Positions 28,013-39,262 are shown, counted from the stretch's first letter. The stretch is DNA of 64,000 nt from Pseudogulbenkiania sp. (GCA_018260425.1 JAGLBD010000014.1:529-64528), one strand, 5' to 3'. Program-made: numbers and translations. The notes: generated by a model not told the origin, from the sequence alone.

Positions 28013-28729
28013 ATGACCCACGATAGCCGGGTGAATGTGGTCATCATCGAGGATGAAAGTTCGATTCGGGAGTTTTTGACGACCTTGCTCGAAGGAGAAG
28101 GGCTTGCCGTGTTCGAAGCCGATACGGCGCGGCGCGGCATGATCGAGGTGGAAACGCGCAAACCGGATCTGGTGATCCTCGATCTTGGCTTGCCCGACAT
28201 GGATGGTGTCGAGGTGATTCGCCGCTTGCGGGAATGGACGCAGGTGCCCATTTTGGTGCTGTCGGCGCGTAATCTGGAGATTTCCAAAGTCGCTGCGCTG
28301 GATGCCGGCGCCGAGGATTATCTGACCAAACCGTTTGGCGTGGCCGAGTGCATGGCACGTATCCGGGTATTGTTGCGTCGTCAGGTGCGCGGTAGTGCAG
28401 CGCCGGCGCAGATCGTGCGGTTTGGTTCGGTCAGTGTCGACCTGGTGTCGCGGCAGGTGCTGAAAAACGGTGAACCGGTGCATCTGACGCCGATCGAATA
28501 CCGTTTGCTGGCGGCGTTGATCCAGCACGCCGGCCGGGTCATGACGCACCGCGAATTGTTGCGGACGGTTTGGGGACCGTCGTTTTCAGAGAGTCATCCC
28601 TACTTGCGGGTGTATATGGGGCATTTGCGGCAGAAACTGGAAGATGTGCCGGCCATGCCGCGCCATATCCTTACGGAAACCGGGGTCGGTTACCGTCTGC
28701 AGGAAACCAGTGACTCAATGAACGGATAA
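28013..28729 (+). CDS. kdpE: OmpR-family response regulator KdpE
   Basis: REC (DLVILDLGLPDMDG) plus a winged-helix trans_reg_C domain (LTPIEYRLL...GVGYRL), immediately after kdpD. Confidence 0.93.
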   Translation: MTHDSRVNVVIIEDESSIREFLTTLLEGEGLAVFEADTARRGMIEVETRKPDLVILDLGLPDMDGVEVIRRLREWTQVPILVLSARNLEISKVAALDAGAEDYLTKPFGVAECMARIRVLLRRQVRGSAAPAQIVRFGSVSVDLVSRQVLKNGEPVHLTPIEYRLLAALIQHAGRVMTHRELLRTVWGPSFSESHPYLRVYMGHLRQKLEDVPAMPRHILTETGVGYRLQETSDSMNG

Positions 28730-28802
28730 TTCCCTTCCCGCAGTGACGAGCGATCGCGTAGAATTTTCAGTCTGTCGTCTCACTTCCAAGCGTTCGCCCG
28801 TC

Positions 28803-30047
28803 ATGTCAAAACGTATTGCCTCGCTGTTGCTCTTGTTGGTTCTGACCGCGTGTACCACCTCGCCTGTATCGCGTCCGGTTCCGCCTTCGACCCCGTCCAT
28901 GGACGCCTCCCGGGTCTCCGCCTTGCCGGAATGGTCCGGGCAGACCTTGTCCGACTCGCTGCCGGCCTTGCTCAATAGCTGCCGTGTCGTGGCCAAACGC
29001 CCGGAGTGGAGTGCCCCTTGCCATGCCGCCGCGCGTCTGGATGCGGCCAACGAGGGTGCGATCAAACAGTTCTACGATGAGTACTTTCTGGCATGGCGCA
29101 TCAATGAGACGGGGCTGGTGACCGGCTATTACGAGCCGCTGCTCAACGGGAGTCTGCGCCGTTCCGAGCGTACCCCCTGGCCGGTGTACGGCGTGCCTTC
29201 CGACCTGATGACGCTGGACGTCCCTGCCGCCTTGCGCGGGCGCAGCACGCTGGTGGCGCGACGCAGCAACGGCAATCGACTGACGGTGGTTCCCGGCGTC
29301 AGCGAACCCCGGGTTGGCGAATACGATGTCCGTTTGAGTGACTTCCCCGCGGATGGCCACGCGGTGCTGAAAGGTCGTCTGGAAGACAATCATTTTCTGC
29401 CGTATTACACCCGGGCCGATATCGCTCGCGGCAAGGGCAGTTCGACCGCGCCGGTCATTGCCTGGGTGGAAGATCCGGTCGAACTGTTTTTTCTGCAGAT
29501 TCAAGGTGCCGGGCGCATTCAGCTCGATGACGGACGCTTCCTGCATGTCGGGTTTGCCGACCATAACGGCTATCCCTACCAGTCGATTGGCCGCTGGCTG
29601 GCCGACAAGGGGGAAATGAAGCTGTCCGATGCGTCGATGCAGGGGATTCAAGCCTGGGTGCGTGCCAACCCCGCGCGACGCGAGGCTTTGTTCAGTGTGA
29701 ATCCGCGTTATGTGTTCTTCAAGGCCTTGCCGGCGGGTAATGATGGTCCTATAGGAGCTCTTGGAGTTCCTATTACAAATGGTTACAGCATCGCAATTGA
29801 CCCTCGTTATATTCCATTGGGAACCCCTGTATACTTATCGACAACCTGGCCCCAAACCAACCGTCCACTGATCCGCCTCGTCCACGCACAGGATACCGGC
29901 AATGCCATCAAAGGCCCTGCGCGGGCGGACTTTTTCTGGGGGTTTGGCACCGAAGCCGGGATGCAGGCAGGAAGAATGAAACAATCGGGAACCCTGTGGC
30001 TGTTATTGCCCAAGGGAACAAAACCGTTACCAACCGCCCGAAACTGA
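28803..30047 (+). CDS. mltA: Membrane-bound lytic murein transglycosylase A (lipoprotein)
   Basis: ORF 28743-30047. Start at MSKRIASLLLLLVLTAC (lipobox). MltA-specific and 3D domains (...GYYEP...FFLQIQGAG...DTGNAIKG..RADFFWG). Confidence 0.85.
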   Translation: MSKRIASLLLLLVLTACTTSPVSRPVPPSTPSMDASRVSALPEWSGQTLSDSLPALLNSCRVVAKRPEWSAPCHAAARLDAANEGAIKQFYDEYFLAWRINETGLVTGYYEPLLNGSLRRSERTPWPVYGVPSDLMTLDVPAALRGRSTLVARRSNGNRLTVVPGVSEPRVGEYDVRLSDFPADGHAVLKGRLEDNHFLPYYTRADIARGKGSSTAPVIAWVEDPVELFFLQIQGAGRIQLDDGRFLHVGFADHNGYPYQSIGRWLADKGEMKLSDASMQGIQAWVRANPARREALFSVNPRYVFFKALPAGNDGPIGALGVPITNGYSIAIDPRYIPLGTPVYLSTTWPQTNRPLIRLVHAQDTGNAIKGPARADFFWGFGTEAGMQAGRMKQSGTLWLLLPKGTKPLPTARN

Positions 30048-30059
30048 TTGTCGAGAGAT

Positions 30060-31163
30060 ATGCCGAACGCACGAATTTCCCTGTTGCTGGCGGCGATTCT
30101 GGCCGCCTCCCTTGCCGGCTGTAGCAAGGGAGGCGACACCAAGTCCGCCAAAGACGCCAAAAAGCCCGTTTCCCGGGAATTGGCGCGAACCGATATTCTC
30201 ACTGCCAAACCCGGCATTGTGCAGGATAGCCTCCCTTTTACCGGATCCTTGTCTGCCCAGTCGCGCAGTCTGGTGTCAGCCGCTGTCGAGGGCAAGACGC
30301 TTGACGTACGTGTGCGCGAAGGGGCTCAGGTCAAGCGTGGCCAGATTCTGGCGACGCTGGATAACGAAGCCCTGCGCCAAAATGTGGCGGAACAGGAAGC
30401 CCAGGTCGCCAATACCCAGTCACGTCTCAAACTGGCGCGGGTGAAGCTGGAAAAGCAGCGTGAATTGCTGCAGAAGGGCTTCATTTCCAAACTAGCGTTT
30501 GACGAACTGGAGAGTGACTACAACGTTAAGGTCGGTGAGTTCAAGGTGCAGGAAGCCGCGATGGCGCGTGCCCGCAAGCAGCTTGCCGATACCGTGGTCA
30601 GGGCACCGATCGACGGTGTGGTGTTCGAGCGCAAGACCAACCCGGGTGAACAGGTGGCAATGAATGCCCAGCTGTTCAGCATTGTGGACCTCTCGGTGCT
30701 GGAAGTGACGGCCACGGTGCCGGCCCGCTTGATGGGGGCCCTGCATACCGGCATGGCGGCCAATTTCACCGCCGAAGGGCAGGGCGGTGACTTTGCCGGC
30801 AAACTCGAACGCATCAACCCGGTGGCGGTCAGCGGTACGCGCAATTTTGCCATCTATGTCCGTGTGGACAATAAGGATGGCCGGCTGCGGGTGGGGCAGT
30901 TCGTCAAAGGCAAGATCGTCTTGCGTGAAGTCCGCGACGAGATTGTGTTGCCCATGACCGCCGTGCAGGATATGGCCTCCAACAGCTGGGTCGAAGTGGT
31001 CGAGAACGGCAAGCTGGCCAAGCGTCCGGTGCAGGTGGTACTGCAGTCCGAGGTTGATCGTCAGGTCGCCGTCAAGGGGATCAAGCCCGGCGAAGTGGTC
31101 ATCGCGGCCATGCTGTTGGGCACCAAGCTCGGGGACGCCGTCGCCCTTCCCGCCAAGCACTGA
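30060..31163 (+). CDS. RND efflux periplasmic adaptor (MFP) lipoprotein
   Basis: Start at MPNARISLLLAAILAASLAGC (lipobox). Coiled-coil hairpin and beta-barrel pattern of the HlyD_D23 family (VRAPIDGVV...). Confidence 0.85.
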   Translation: MPNARISLLLAAILAASLAGCSKGGDTKSAKDAKKPVSRELARTDILTAKPGIVQDSLPFTGSLSAQSRSLVSAAVEGKTLDVRVREGAQVKRGQILATLDNEALRQNVAEQEAQVANTQSRLKLARVKLEKQRELLQKGFISKLAFDELESDYNVKVGEFKVQEAAMARARKQLADTVVRAPIDGVVFERKTNPGEQVAMNAQLFSIVDLSVLEVTATVPARLMGALHTGMAANFTAEGQGGDFAGKLERINPVAVSGTRNFAIYVRVDNKDGRLRVGQFVKGKIVLREVRDEIVLPMTAVQDMASNSWVEVVENGKLAKRPVQVVLQSEVDRQVAVKGIKPGEVVIAAMLLGTKLGDAVALPAKH

Positions 31164-31175
31164 GGAGAACGCACC

Positions 31176-34100
31176 ATGTGGTTAACCCGCGTTAGCGTGC
31201 GTAACCCCTATTTTGCGGCCGTGCTGATGATGGCATTGGTCGTGCTCGGGGGGTATGCCTGGTTAAATCTGTCGGTCGAGAAGTTTCCGGATATCCGTTT
31301 TCCGGTGGCGGTGATTTCCACGACCTATGACGGCGCCTCTCCGGAAGTGGTGGAGAACGAAGTCACCCGCAAGATCGAAGAAGCCGTCAATACCGTTAGC
31401 GGCATCGACAGCATTCGCTCCTATTCCTCCCCGGGGGAGTCGGTGGTGGTGGTGCAGTTTCAATTGGGCGTCAATCCTGCCCAGGCGATTCAGGATGTGC
31501 GCGACCGCATGGGCGGCGTGCAGAGTCGTTTGCGCAAGGAAATTGCCACGCCATCCGTGTCACAGGCCGATCCGAACGACCAGCCCTTTCTGGTGCTGAC
31601 CCTCAGTAATTCGGAAGTGAGCCCGCGCCTGCTTAGTACCTGGGTAGACAAGGTCTTCAAGAAACGGATGCAGTCCATTTCCGGTATGGGGCGTGTGCGG
31701 ATCTTCGGTCAGGTTAACCGGGAAATTCGCGTCAATATCGACCCCTACCGTCTTGAGGCCGCCGGTTTGTCGATTCCCGACATCACCGATGCGATCCGCG
31801 CCGCCAACAAGGACTATCCGGCCGGCAGTATTTCCACGGCCAGCAATGATCTGGCCGTACGCATTACCGGCAAGATCAAACGGGTCGAAGATTTTGCCGA
31901 CCTGACCGTCGGTTTCCGCAATAGCTCGCCGATCCGCTTGTCCGACGTGGCACAGGTCGAAGATGCCGAAGCGGACAAGGACAGCGTGTCCTTGGTCGAC
32001 GGAGCGCCAGGGGTGGGTGTGTCGTTCCGGGCATCGCGTGGCGCCAATGTGGTCGATGTGGCGGATGGCGTGCAGAAAATGCTGGTTACCCTGAAGGCCG
32101 AAATGCCTCCCGGGACCAAAGTCCATATCAGCCATGATGACTCCAGGGCGATCAAGCGCTCGCTTCAGGATGTGCAGACCAGTTTGATCGAAGGTGCGGT
32201 ACTGACCGTACTGATCGTCTTCCTGTTCCTGGGGTCATGGCGCAGTACCGTGATTACCGGCCTGACCTTGCCGGTCGCCTTGATCGGTACCATGTTCGCC
32301 ATCTGGGCAACCGGCTTCACCTTGAACCTGATGACCTTGATGGCGCTGTCCCTGTCGGTGGGCTTGCTGATCGATGATGCCATTGTGGTCCGGGAAAACA
32401 TTGTCCGGCACGCCGCCATGGGCAAAAGCCATTTTCAGGCGGCGCTGGATGGTACCAATGAAATCGGTTTGGCGGTGCTGGCGACCACCCTGACCATTGT
32501 GGCCGTGTTCCTGCCGGTCGGCTTCATGGGCGGTGTGATCGGCAAGTTTTTCCATCAATTCGGTTTGACCGTTACGGTGGCGGTGTTGATCTCGATGTTG
32601 GTGAGTTTCACGCTGGACCCGATGCTGTCGTCGATCTGGCACGATCCGCACCACCACGGCGACAAGCATAAAGGTCCGTTCGGCAAGATTCTCGACTGGT
32701 TCGAGAGTTCGTTGGATCGTCTGGGCATCCACTATGAAAAGTTGATTCGCTGGTCGCTGGGCCACCGCAAGACGGTGGTGGCGCTGGCACTGCTGATCAC
32801 GGTGGGCAGTTTTGCGCTGGTGCCGCTGGTGGGGGGCGAGTTCATGCCGCGCGCCGACGGTGGTCAGTTCACGCTGTCCTACAAGACGGCTCCCGGGTCG
32901 ACGCTGGAGTACACCACCTCCAAGGGGCATGAAATGGAAGTGTTGCTGCGCGCCATTCCCGAGGTGAAGAGCATCAGCTTGTCGGTCGGCAACGGCAACT
33001 TGTCCAGTTCCGCCTCTGAAGGCGAGCTTGAAGTGGATGTCGGCACCAAGGAAGAACGCAAGCGGACCTTGTTTGTCATGATGGATGATGCCCGTAAAAA
33101 GGTCGCCCGTGTGGCCGGTGTCGAGATTTCGTCCGTGATGGAGAGCGGTAACGGCGGTGGCGGTGGTGGCGGGAACGGCAAGCCGGTTTATGTCGCGCTG
33201 CGCGGCGCCGATATTTCCGAACTGTCGCGCGCGGCCGATATCGTGGAAAACAAGTTGGCCGGCATCAAAGGCGTCAAGGAAATCCAGTCCAGTCTGACCG
33301 ATGCGGACCCTGCGCTGAGTCTGGATGTCAAACGGGATGACGCGGCGTCACTGGGCATTGATCTGTCGCGGGTCGGGGTAACCTTGCAAACCATGCTGGC
33401 CGGGGATGTTTCGACCAACTGGGAAGCGCCGGACGGTGAAAGCTACGATGTGCGTGTCCAGATTCCCAAGAGCCTGCGTAATCAGGACTTGCTGGATGTG
33501 CTGACCGTGGCGGGTAACCGCGACAAGGATGGCAGTGCCGCCATGGTACCGCTGTCGACGGTAAGCCAGATCCGCAAGGACACCACGCCACGCCAGATCG
33601 AACGCGTCGACCTGCAGCGGGAAATTGCCGTGACCGCCAATATCAGTGGCCGTGACCCGGGTTCGGTGTTTGCCGACATCAAGTCCATGACCAAGAATCT
33701 GCAGTTGCCACCGGGGGTAACGGTGGTGCAGAGCGGCCAGAGCAAGGATATGCAGGAGTCGCTGGGCTTTGCCTTGCAGGCGCTCGGCATGGGGATCTGC
33801 TTCATTTACATGATTCTTGCGGCGCAATTCCGTAGCTTTACCTTGCCGATCACCATCATGATGGCCCTGCCCTTGTCGTTTGTCGGGGTGTTCATTGCCT
33901 TGTTCCTGTGGGGCAGTACGCTGAACATGTTCTCGGTGATCGGTATCGTGATGCTGATGGGTCTGGCCACCAAGAACGGTATTTTGCTGGTGGACTTTGC
34001 CAATCAGGCGCGTCGGGAAGGCATGTCCCGGGAGTCGGCGCTGATCGAGGCGGGACGGGTGCGGCTGCGCCCGATTCTGATGACCTCGTTCGCGATGATC

Positions 34101-34334
34101 TTCGGTATGTTGCCCGCCGCCCTGAGCCATGGTGAAGGATCGGAAACCCAAGGGCCGATGGCGCATGCGATCATCGGTGGCCTGGTGACCTCGACCTTGC
34201 TGACCTTGATCGTGGTACCGGTGGTGTACACCTATATGGACAGTCTGAGAACCCGCCTGCGTCGTTTGATCGGGGCGGGAGACCCGAATCGCCCGGCGGA
34301 GCCGCCGGTGACGGAAAGTCAGGCCAACCCGTAA
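31176..34334 (+). CDS. RND efflux permease (AcrB/HAE family)
   Basis: 1052 aa, 12-TM AcrB-like layout with conserved [11 protein letters not shown] and ...[12 protein letters not shown]... No outer-membrane factor gene is adjacent. Confidence 0.92.
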   Translation: MWLTRVSVRNPYFAAVLMMALVVLGGYAWLNLSVEKFPDIRFPVAVISTTYDGASPEVVENEVTRKIEEAVNTVSGIDSIRSYSSPGESVVVVQFQLGVNPAQAIQDVRDRMGGVQSRLRKEIATPSVSQADPNDQPFLVLTLSNSEVSPRLLSTWVDKVFKKRMQSISGMGRVRIFGQVNREIRVNIDPYRLEAAGLSIPDITDAIRAANKDYPAGSISTASNDLAVRITGKIKRVEDFADLTVGFRNSSPIRLSDVAQVEDAEADKDSVSLVDGAPGVGVSFRASRGANVVDVADGVQKMLVTLKAEMPPGTKVHISHDDSRAIKRSLQDVQTSLIEGAVLTVLIVFLFLGSWRSTVITGLTLPVALIGTMFAIWATGFTLNLMTLMALSLSVGLLIDDAIVVRENIVRHAAMGKSHFQAALDGTNEIGLAVLATTLTIVAVFLPVGFMGGVIGKFFHQFGLTVTVAVLISMLVSFTLDPMLSSIWHDPHHHGDKHKGPFGKILDWFESSLDRLGIHYEKLIRWSLGHRKTVVALALLITVGSFALVPLVGGEFMPRADGGQFTLSYKTAPGSTLEYTTSKGHEMEVLLRAIPEVKSISLSVGNGNLSSSASEGELEVDVGTKEERKRTLFVMMDDARKKVARVAGVEISSVMESGNGGGGGGGNGKPVYVALRGADISELSRAADIVENKLAGIKGVKEIQSSLTDADPALSLDVKRDDAASLGIDLSRVGVTLQTMLAGDVSTNWEAPDGESYDVRVQIPKSLRNQDLLDVLTVAGNRDKDGSAAMVPLSTVSQIRKDTTPRQIERVDLQREIAVTANISGRDPGSVFADIKSMTKNLQLPPGVTVVQSGQSKDMQESLGFALQALGMGICFIYMILAAQFRSFTLPITIMMALPLSFVGVFIALFLWGSTLNMFSVIGIVMLMGLATKNGILLVDFANQARREGMSRESALIEAGRVRLRPILMTSFAMIFGMLPAALSHGEGSETQGPMAHAIIGGLVTSTLLTLIVVPVVYTYMDSLRTRLRRLIGAGDPNRPAEPPVTESQANP

Positions 34335-34357
34335 GGTTGGCTCGTGTGCAGGACTTC

Positions 34358-34387
34358 AGCCCGGGAAAATTCCCGGGCTTTGTTTTT
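34358..34387 (+). terminator. Rho-independent terminator after the RND pump gene
   Basis: AGCCCGGGA-loop-TCCCGGGCT followed by TTGTTTTT. Confidence 0.7.
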
Positions 34388-34464
34388 GGGATTCGTCTGA
34401 TCGGCGTGTCGAAGCGTGCTGGCTAGCATGTCGGTATTGACTGACATTTGCCGATACCACTCCC

Positions 34465-35067
34465 ATGAAACTTGCTCTTTCCCCGCTGGTGCAGCATGCA
34501 CTTCCCTCGCTCTCCGTGTACGGTCTGGTGATTCGGGCCATTCGCCTGGATGCCCTGCAAACCTTTCGTATCGTCCCGCCCTTGCTGGACGAGGCGCTTG
34601 ATGGACAGCCGGTTGCCGGCTTCGAAAACCGCAAAATGCGTCGCCAGAAAGGCAAGGCCGCTATCCCGGAGGTGCCGCCCGGGCTGGACCTGTATCAGGC
34701 GGCGGCCTTGTTTGGCCTGACACCGTTTGCCTTGCGTTCCAGTTGTCTTGACGGCGATGCGCTGGAACTGACCCTGCAGTCTGACGGCTTGCTGGCGGGA
34801 GACGATCCGGCAGGCGCCCGTTCCGGCGAACTGGTATGGCACGCCACGACCCGGCGTGAGGTGAGTGCCATGAGTTGGGGAGGGGAGGCGGCTGTTGATA
34901 CGGATGCCATGAGCTGTCATATCATCTTGCTCGGCGAGCGCTTGCACGGTATGGCAAGTCCGGTGCTCTCCTTGCAGTATCTCGAAACGGCGCTGCAACC
35001 GTTTTGCAGCGGATTCGAACGGGTCTATCTTGCCCATGACCGGACGGAATGCGAGGTCATGGGCTGA
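34465..35067 (+). CDS. B3/4-domain protein (PheRS-beta editing-domain homolog), diverged paralog
   Basis: 200 aa that aligns with the next paralog (MKLALSPLVQHALPSLSVYGLVIRAIRLDAL vs MKVSLTPSLLAALPGMSVHGMVARAIDLDAV). Core motifs are weakened (PFALRS instead of PFGGEN; MSW instead of MNW). Confidence 0.6.
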   Translation: MKLALSPLVQHALPSLSVYGLVIRAIRLDALQTFRIVPPLLDEALDGQPVAGFENRKMRRQKGKAAIPEVPPGLDLYQAAALFGLTPFALRSSCLDGDALELTLQSDGLLAGDDPAGARSGELVWHATTRREVSAMSWGGEAAVDTDAMSCHIILLGERLHGMASPVLSLQYLETALQPFCSGFERVYLAHDRTECEVMG

Positions 35068-35143
35068 GGGTGCTCTTCACGCCGGCAGGCGAATCAGGGA
35101 GAATCCGGAGAGTGTTGACCACCGCTGACCCGAGAGGAATTTC

Positions 35144-35332
35144 ATGCGTTTACTGCTTGCCATTTTCATTCCCTGGCTGCAATTCTTTACCATAGGCCGA
35201 CCGTTTTCCGGGCTGATCTGCCTGATTCTGCAGGTTACCCTGATCGGCTGGATTCCCGCTGCGATCTGGTCGGCCTATGCCCTGAGCCAATACAAAACCG
35301 ATCAAAAAATCCGTGCCGCCATGCGCCGCTAA
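35144..35332 (+). CDS. YqaE/Pmp3-like small membrane protein
   Basis: 62 aa with two TM helices. The pattern LLAIFIP...LIGWIPAAIWSAY resembles the Pmp3/YqaE family. Confidence 0.55.
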   Translation: MRLLLAIFIPWLQFFTIGRPFSGLICLILQVTLIGWIPAAIWSAYALSQYKTDQKIRAAMRR

Positions 35333-35429
35333 GTGAGTCTGATGGCGTAATGTCGGATTTGTCTGAATGGCAGCGTGGAAGCCGGGCGCTATAGTCACCA
35401 CTTACTCATCGTTTTGACGGAGCACTCCC

Positions 35430-36095
35430 ATGAAGGTATCCCTGACCCCCTCCTTGCTGGCCGCGTTGCCGGGCATGTCCGTGCATGGCATGGTTGCGCG
35501 TGCGATTGATCTGGATGCTGTGGCGGGCCTGTCCTGCGAATTGCCGGTGCCCGGTGAAACCGAGGGTGACGCGTTGATCGCGCGCTGGAAGCAGCTCTAC
35601 AAGTCCTTGCCCTGCGACAAGCGTGCCCGCAGCTCGATCGAGTACCTGATCAAGGCCGCCCGCAAGCAAAAGCTGCGTCCGATCCTGCCCCTGGTTGATC
35701 TGTACAATGCCGCCTCCTTGCGTTGCTTCAGTCCGTTTGGTGGCGAGAACCTCCACACTATGCAGGGCAGCCTGCAACTGGACTGCGCGCAAGGCAACGA
35801 GGTGTTCGTCCCTCTGGGCAAGGAGCTTGAAGAGCTGGCCTTGCCCGGAGAAGTGATCTGGGTGGATGGTGCACGGCGGGTGGTGTGTCGTGCGATGAAC
35901 TGGCTGGAATCCGATCTGCACAAATTGAATGGCGAGGTACGGGACGTGATTTTTGTCAGCGAACGGCCGGATGCTGACTACCCCTCACCGCAAGACGGCT
36001 TTGATTATCTTGAGGCGGCACTCGCGCCGCACTGCGCGTCGCTGCAGCGCTTCGTGCTGGATGCCGGCAGTCCTTCGATCGATATCGCGCTTTAA
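35430..36095 (+). CDS. B3/4-domain protein (COG3382-like, PheRS-beta editing-domain homolog)
   Basis: 221 aa. LVDLYNAASLRCFSPFGGENL...LQLDCAQGNEVFVPLG...GEVIWVDGARRVVCRAMNWLESD...VIFVSE fits the B3_4 signature as I remember it. Confidence 0.7.
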   Translation: MKVSLTPSLLAALPGMSVHGMVARAIDLDAVAGLSCELPVPGETEGDALIARWKQLYKSLPCDKRARSSIEYLIKAARKQKLRPILPLVDLYNAASLRCFSPFGGENLHTMQGSLQLDCAQGNEVFVPLGKELEELALPGEVIWVDGARRVVCRAMNWLESDLHKLNGEVRDVIFVSERPDADYPSPQDGFDYLEAALAPHCASLQRFVLDAGSPSIDIAL

Positions 36096-36133
36096 GCTAG
36101 CCCCCATGGCCGGACACGGCCATGGGGAAGGCC

Positions 36134-36838
36134 TCAGGCCAGTGCAATGACCACGCGTTTGTTGCGTGCGCCCTTGTTTTCCAGCTTTTTGACGACCACC
36201 GGGCCGATTTCCCCGGTGCGTGCCACATGCGTTCCACCACAGGGTTGCAGATCGACACCGGGAATATTGATCAGCCGGATTTCCGGAAGCTCCAAGGGGG
36301 GCGTCACCGACATGGTCTTGATCAACTCCGGTTGCGCCTTCAGAGCCTCGCCCGAGGTCATGATGATCTCCACCGGATGGTCGGCGGCGATCAGCGCATT
36401 CAGTTCCGTTTCTATGCTGGCTTTGTCCAGCTCCATCCCCTCGGGCAGATTAAAGTCAAGACGTCCGCTTTCTTCGGTCAGGTTACCGCCGGTGACACCG
36501 ATCGGAATGACCACCGACAGCAAATGCAGACAGGTATGGATCCGCATGTGCCGATGGCGTCGTTCCCAGTCCAGCTCCAGGGTGACTTCATCGCCTGCTG
36601 CAAAAACGTGATGCGTGTCCGGGGTCAGATGCAGAATTTCCCGGCTTTCCCGGTCACGACGCGTGTCGCCGATGCGCACCGACACGTCCCCCAGGATGGC
36701 ACTGCCGGTATCGCCCGGCTGTCCACCGCCCAGCGGGTAAAACAGGGTGTCTTCAAGTACCAGACCGTGTTCGTCATGGCGCACCACCCGGGTGGTCAGG
36801 GTGCGTTGGTAGGGATTGCGGTAGAACTGTTCCTGCAT
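36134..36838 (-). CDS. alaX: Free-standing alanyl-tRNA editing protein (AlaX-type)
   Basis: 234 aa. Zn-binding motifs HTCLH and CGGTH of the Ala/Thr-tRNA synthetase second additional domain. N-terminal beta-barrel-like region. Confidence 0.75.
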   Translation of the reverse strand: MQEQFYRNPYQRTLTTRVVRHDEHGLVLEDTLFYPLGGGQPGDTGSAILGDVSVRIGDTRRDRESREILHLTPDTHHVFAAGDEVTLELDWERRHRHMRIHTCLHLLSVVIPIGVTGGNLTEESGRLDFNLPEGMELDKASIETELNALIAADHPVEIIMTSGEALKAQPELIKTMSVTPPLELPEIRLINIPGVDLQPCGGTHVARTGEIGPVVVKKLENKGARNKRVVIALA

Positions 36839-36850
36839 GCTTCCTCCGGA

Positions 36851-37717
36851 TTACTGGCGAGCCGTGCGGATATTGGCCGGCTCGGCCTCGCGCTGGCTGG
36901 AACGGAACGGGTTGATATCCAGTCCGCCCCGTCGGGTGTAACGGGCATAGACCGTCAAGAACTCGGGACGGCACTCACGCATGATATCCACAAAAATCCG
37001 CTCGACGCACTGTTCGTGAAACTCGTTGTGCTGACGGAAGCCGATCAGATAACGCAGCAGGGCTTCGCGATCCAGTTGCGGACCCTGATAGCGAATCATC
37101 ACACTGCCCCAGTCCGGTTGACCGGTGACCAGACAATTTGACTTGAGCAGGTCGGAGGTCAGGGTTTCGCTGACGGTGTGCTGCGGGTCGGCCCGCAGTC
37201 GTGTCGGGTCAGGATGGTAGTCATTGACCTCGATATCCAGATCGTCAATCGACTCACCGGCCAGTTCGGCGATGGTCTCACGCGCGAAGTCGCGCGGCAG
37301 GGCAATGTCGACCGTCACGGGTTTGCCGGCAGCATTGGACAGATCCATGGCCAACTGGCTTTGCAGGATCTCCAGTGATGCGACCCGGGTCTGGTTATAG
37401 CTGTTCAGATAGAGCTTGAACGATTTGGATTCAATCAGGCAGGGCGAGTCGGCCGGAATGCGGAAGGTGGCGATGCCGACCTGCGGCTTGCCACGCGCGT
37501 TGAGCCAGGAGAGTTCGAAGCCGGTCCAGATATCCACGCCATGAAAGGGCAACGCCGTTTCGTCAACGCCGATCTCGTCACGTTTGCCCTTGCGCGGAAT
37601 GGGAAACAGCAGGGAAGGGTCGTAGTGATCCTGATAGTCGACTTTTTTGCCGAGCGGAGAAAACTCCGGTTTTTGTTCGAGAGTCATGAGGAGCTCCGTT
37701 AAAGGGTTCGTGGTCAC
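36851..37717 (-). CDS. queF: NADPH-dependent 7-cyano-7-deazaguanine (preQ0) reductase, two-domain type
   Basis: 288 aa. QueF motif [12 protein letters not shown], catalytic-Cys context ([12 protein letters not shown]), and ...[10 protein letters not shown]. Confidence 0.88.
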   Translation of the reverse strand: MTTNPLTELLMTLEQKPEFSPLGKKVDYQDHYDPSLLFPIPRKGKRDEIGVDETALPFHGVDIWTGFELSWLNARGKPQVGIATFRIPADSPCLIESKSFKLYLNSYNQTRVASLEILQSQLAMDLSNAAGKPVTVDIALPRDFARETIAELAGESIDDLDIEVNDYHPDPTRLRADPQHTVSETLTSDLLKSNCLVTGQPDWGSVMIRYQGPQLDREALLRYLIGFRQHNEFHEQCVERIFVDIMRECRPEFLTVYARYTRRGGLDINPFRSSQREAEPANIRTARQ

Positions 37718-37726
37718 TATAGTGGC

Positions 37727-39262
37727 TCAGGCTTCGCGGCGCATGAATTGGCGTGGCCGGATGCCCACGGCAAACAGCGTGGCGAAATAGGCCAGCACAC
37801 CAATGCAGATCAGGACGGTCAGCCACAGGATTCGCTCGAAGGAATGGCCGGCCCAGTTGACCGGCAGATACCACTGGCTCGCCAGTAGCACCGTGGCCAT
37901 TACGGCAACGCCCACCGCCAGCTGCATAAGGAAACGACGCCAGCCCGGCAAGGGGCGGTAGATGTCATGCTTGCGCAGCGTATGGTAGAGCAGACCGGCA
38001 TTCAGGCACGAGGCCAGACCGATCGACAGTGACAGGCCGGCGTGCTGGAGCGGAAAGACAAAAGCCAGATTCATCAGTTGTGTGGCGATCAGGGTAATGA
38101 TGGCGATGCGCACCGGCGTCTTGATGTTCTGCCGGGCGTAAAAGCCGGGGGCCAGCACCTTCACCAGAATCAGCCCGAGCAGGCCCACCGAGTAGGCGAT
38201 CAGTGCTTGTTGGGTCATCAAGGCGTCGTGGGCATTGAACTTGCCATACATGAACAAGGTTTTGACCAGCGGTGCCGACAGGACGCCCAGACCGACGGTG
38301 GCTGGCACCGCCAGCAACAGGGTCAGGCGAATGCCCCAGTCGAGCAGGGAGCTGAAGGCTTCACCGGAGTCCTGTGCCGCATGTCTGGAGAGCGACGGCA
38401 GCAGAATGGTACCGAGCGCAACACCCAGTACTCCGGTGGGGAATTCCATCAAACGATCGGCGTAGTACATCCACGAGACACTGCCTTGTTTCAGGAAGGA
38501 CGCGATGTTGCTATTGATGACCAGCGATATCTGCGCAACCGACACCCCCAGAATGGCCGGACCCATCTGGCGGATGACGCGCCAGACCGCTTCGTCACGT
38601 AAGTCCAGGCGGGGCATCGGCAACATGCCGACCTGTTTCAGGAAAGGCAGCTGCCAGACCAACTGAATCAAACCGCCGGCAAAGGCCGCCCAGGCCAGCA
38701 CCATCACGGGCGGATGGAAATAGCGCGTCAGTCCCAGGGCAAAGACAATGAAGGCCAGATTCAGGAAGGTTGGTGTAAAGGCCGGTACCGAAAACCGGTT
38801 CCAGCTGTTCAGGATGCTGCCGGCCAGACTGGCCAGCGAGATGAACAGGATATAAGGAAAGGTGACCCGGAGCAGATTGATGGTCAGTTCGGCTTTGGCC
38901 GGTGTCGAGAAGAAGCCCGGTGCCGTCAGCCACAGAATGACCGGGGCACCGATCATGCACAAGGCGGTGATCACGAACAGCACGGCACCCAGTGCACCGC
39001 TGACTTTGGCGATGAACTCGCGGGTTTCCTGCTCGGTACGGGTGTGCTTGTATTCGCCGAGGATGGGGACGAAGGCTTGCGAGAACGCGCCTTCGGCAAA
39101 AATGCGGCGCAGCATGTTGGGGAGTTTGAATGCCGTGAAAAACGCATCCGTGTCCATGCCTGCACCGAATACCCGGGCAACGATGGCGTCACGCGCAAAG
39201 CCGAGGATGCGCGAAACCAGTGTCATACCGCTGACGCTGACCAAAACCTTGAGAAGATTCAT
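37727..39262 (-). CDS. murJ: Lipid II flippase MurJ (MviN)
   Basis: 511 aa, about 14 TM. N-terminus [35 protein letters not shown] is typical of MurJ. Confidence 0.92.
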   Translation of the reverse strand: MNLLKVLVSVSGMTLVSRILGFARDAIVARVFGAGMDTDAFFTAFKLPNMLRRIFAEGAFSQAFVPILGEYKHTRTEQETREFIAKVSGALGAVLFVITALCMIGAPVILWLTAPGFFSTPAKAELTINLLRVTFPYILFISLASLAGSILNSWNRFSVPAFTPTFLNLAFIVFALGLTRYFHPPVMVLAWAAFAGGLIQLVWQLPFLKQVGMLPMPRLDLRDEAVWRVIRQMGPAILGVSVAQISLVINSNIASFLKQGSVSWMYYADRLMEFPTGVLGVALGTILLPSLSRHAAQDSGEAFSSLLDWGIRLTLLLAVPATVGLGVLSAPLVKTLFMYGKFNAHDALMTQQALIAYSVGLLGLILVKVLAPGFYARQNIKTPVRIAIITLIATQLMNLAFVFPLQHAGLSLSIGLASCLNAGLLYHTLRKHDIYRPLPGWRRFLMQLAVGVAVMATVLLASQWYLPVNWAGHSFERILWLTVLICIGVLAYFATLFAVGIRPRQFMRREA

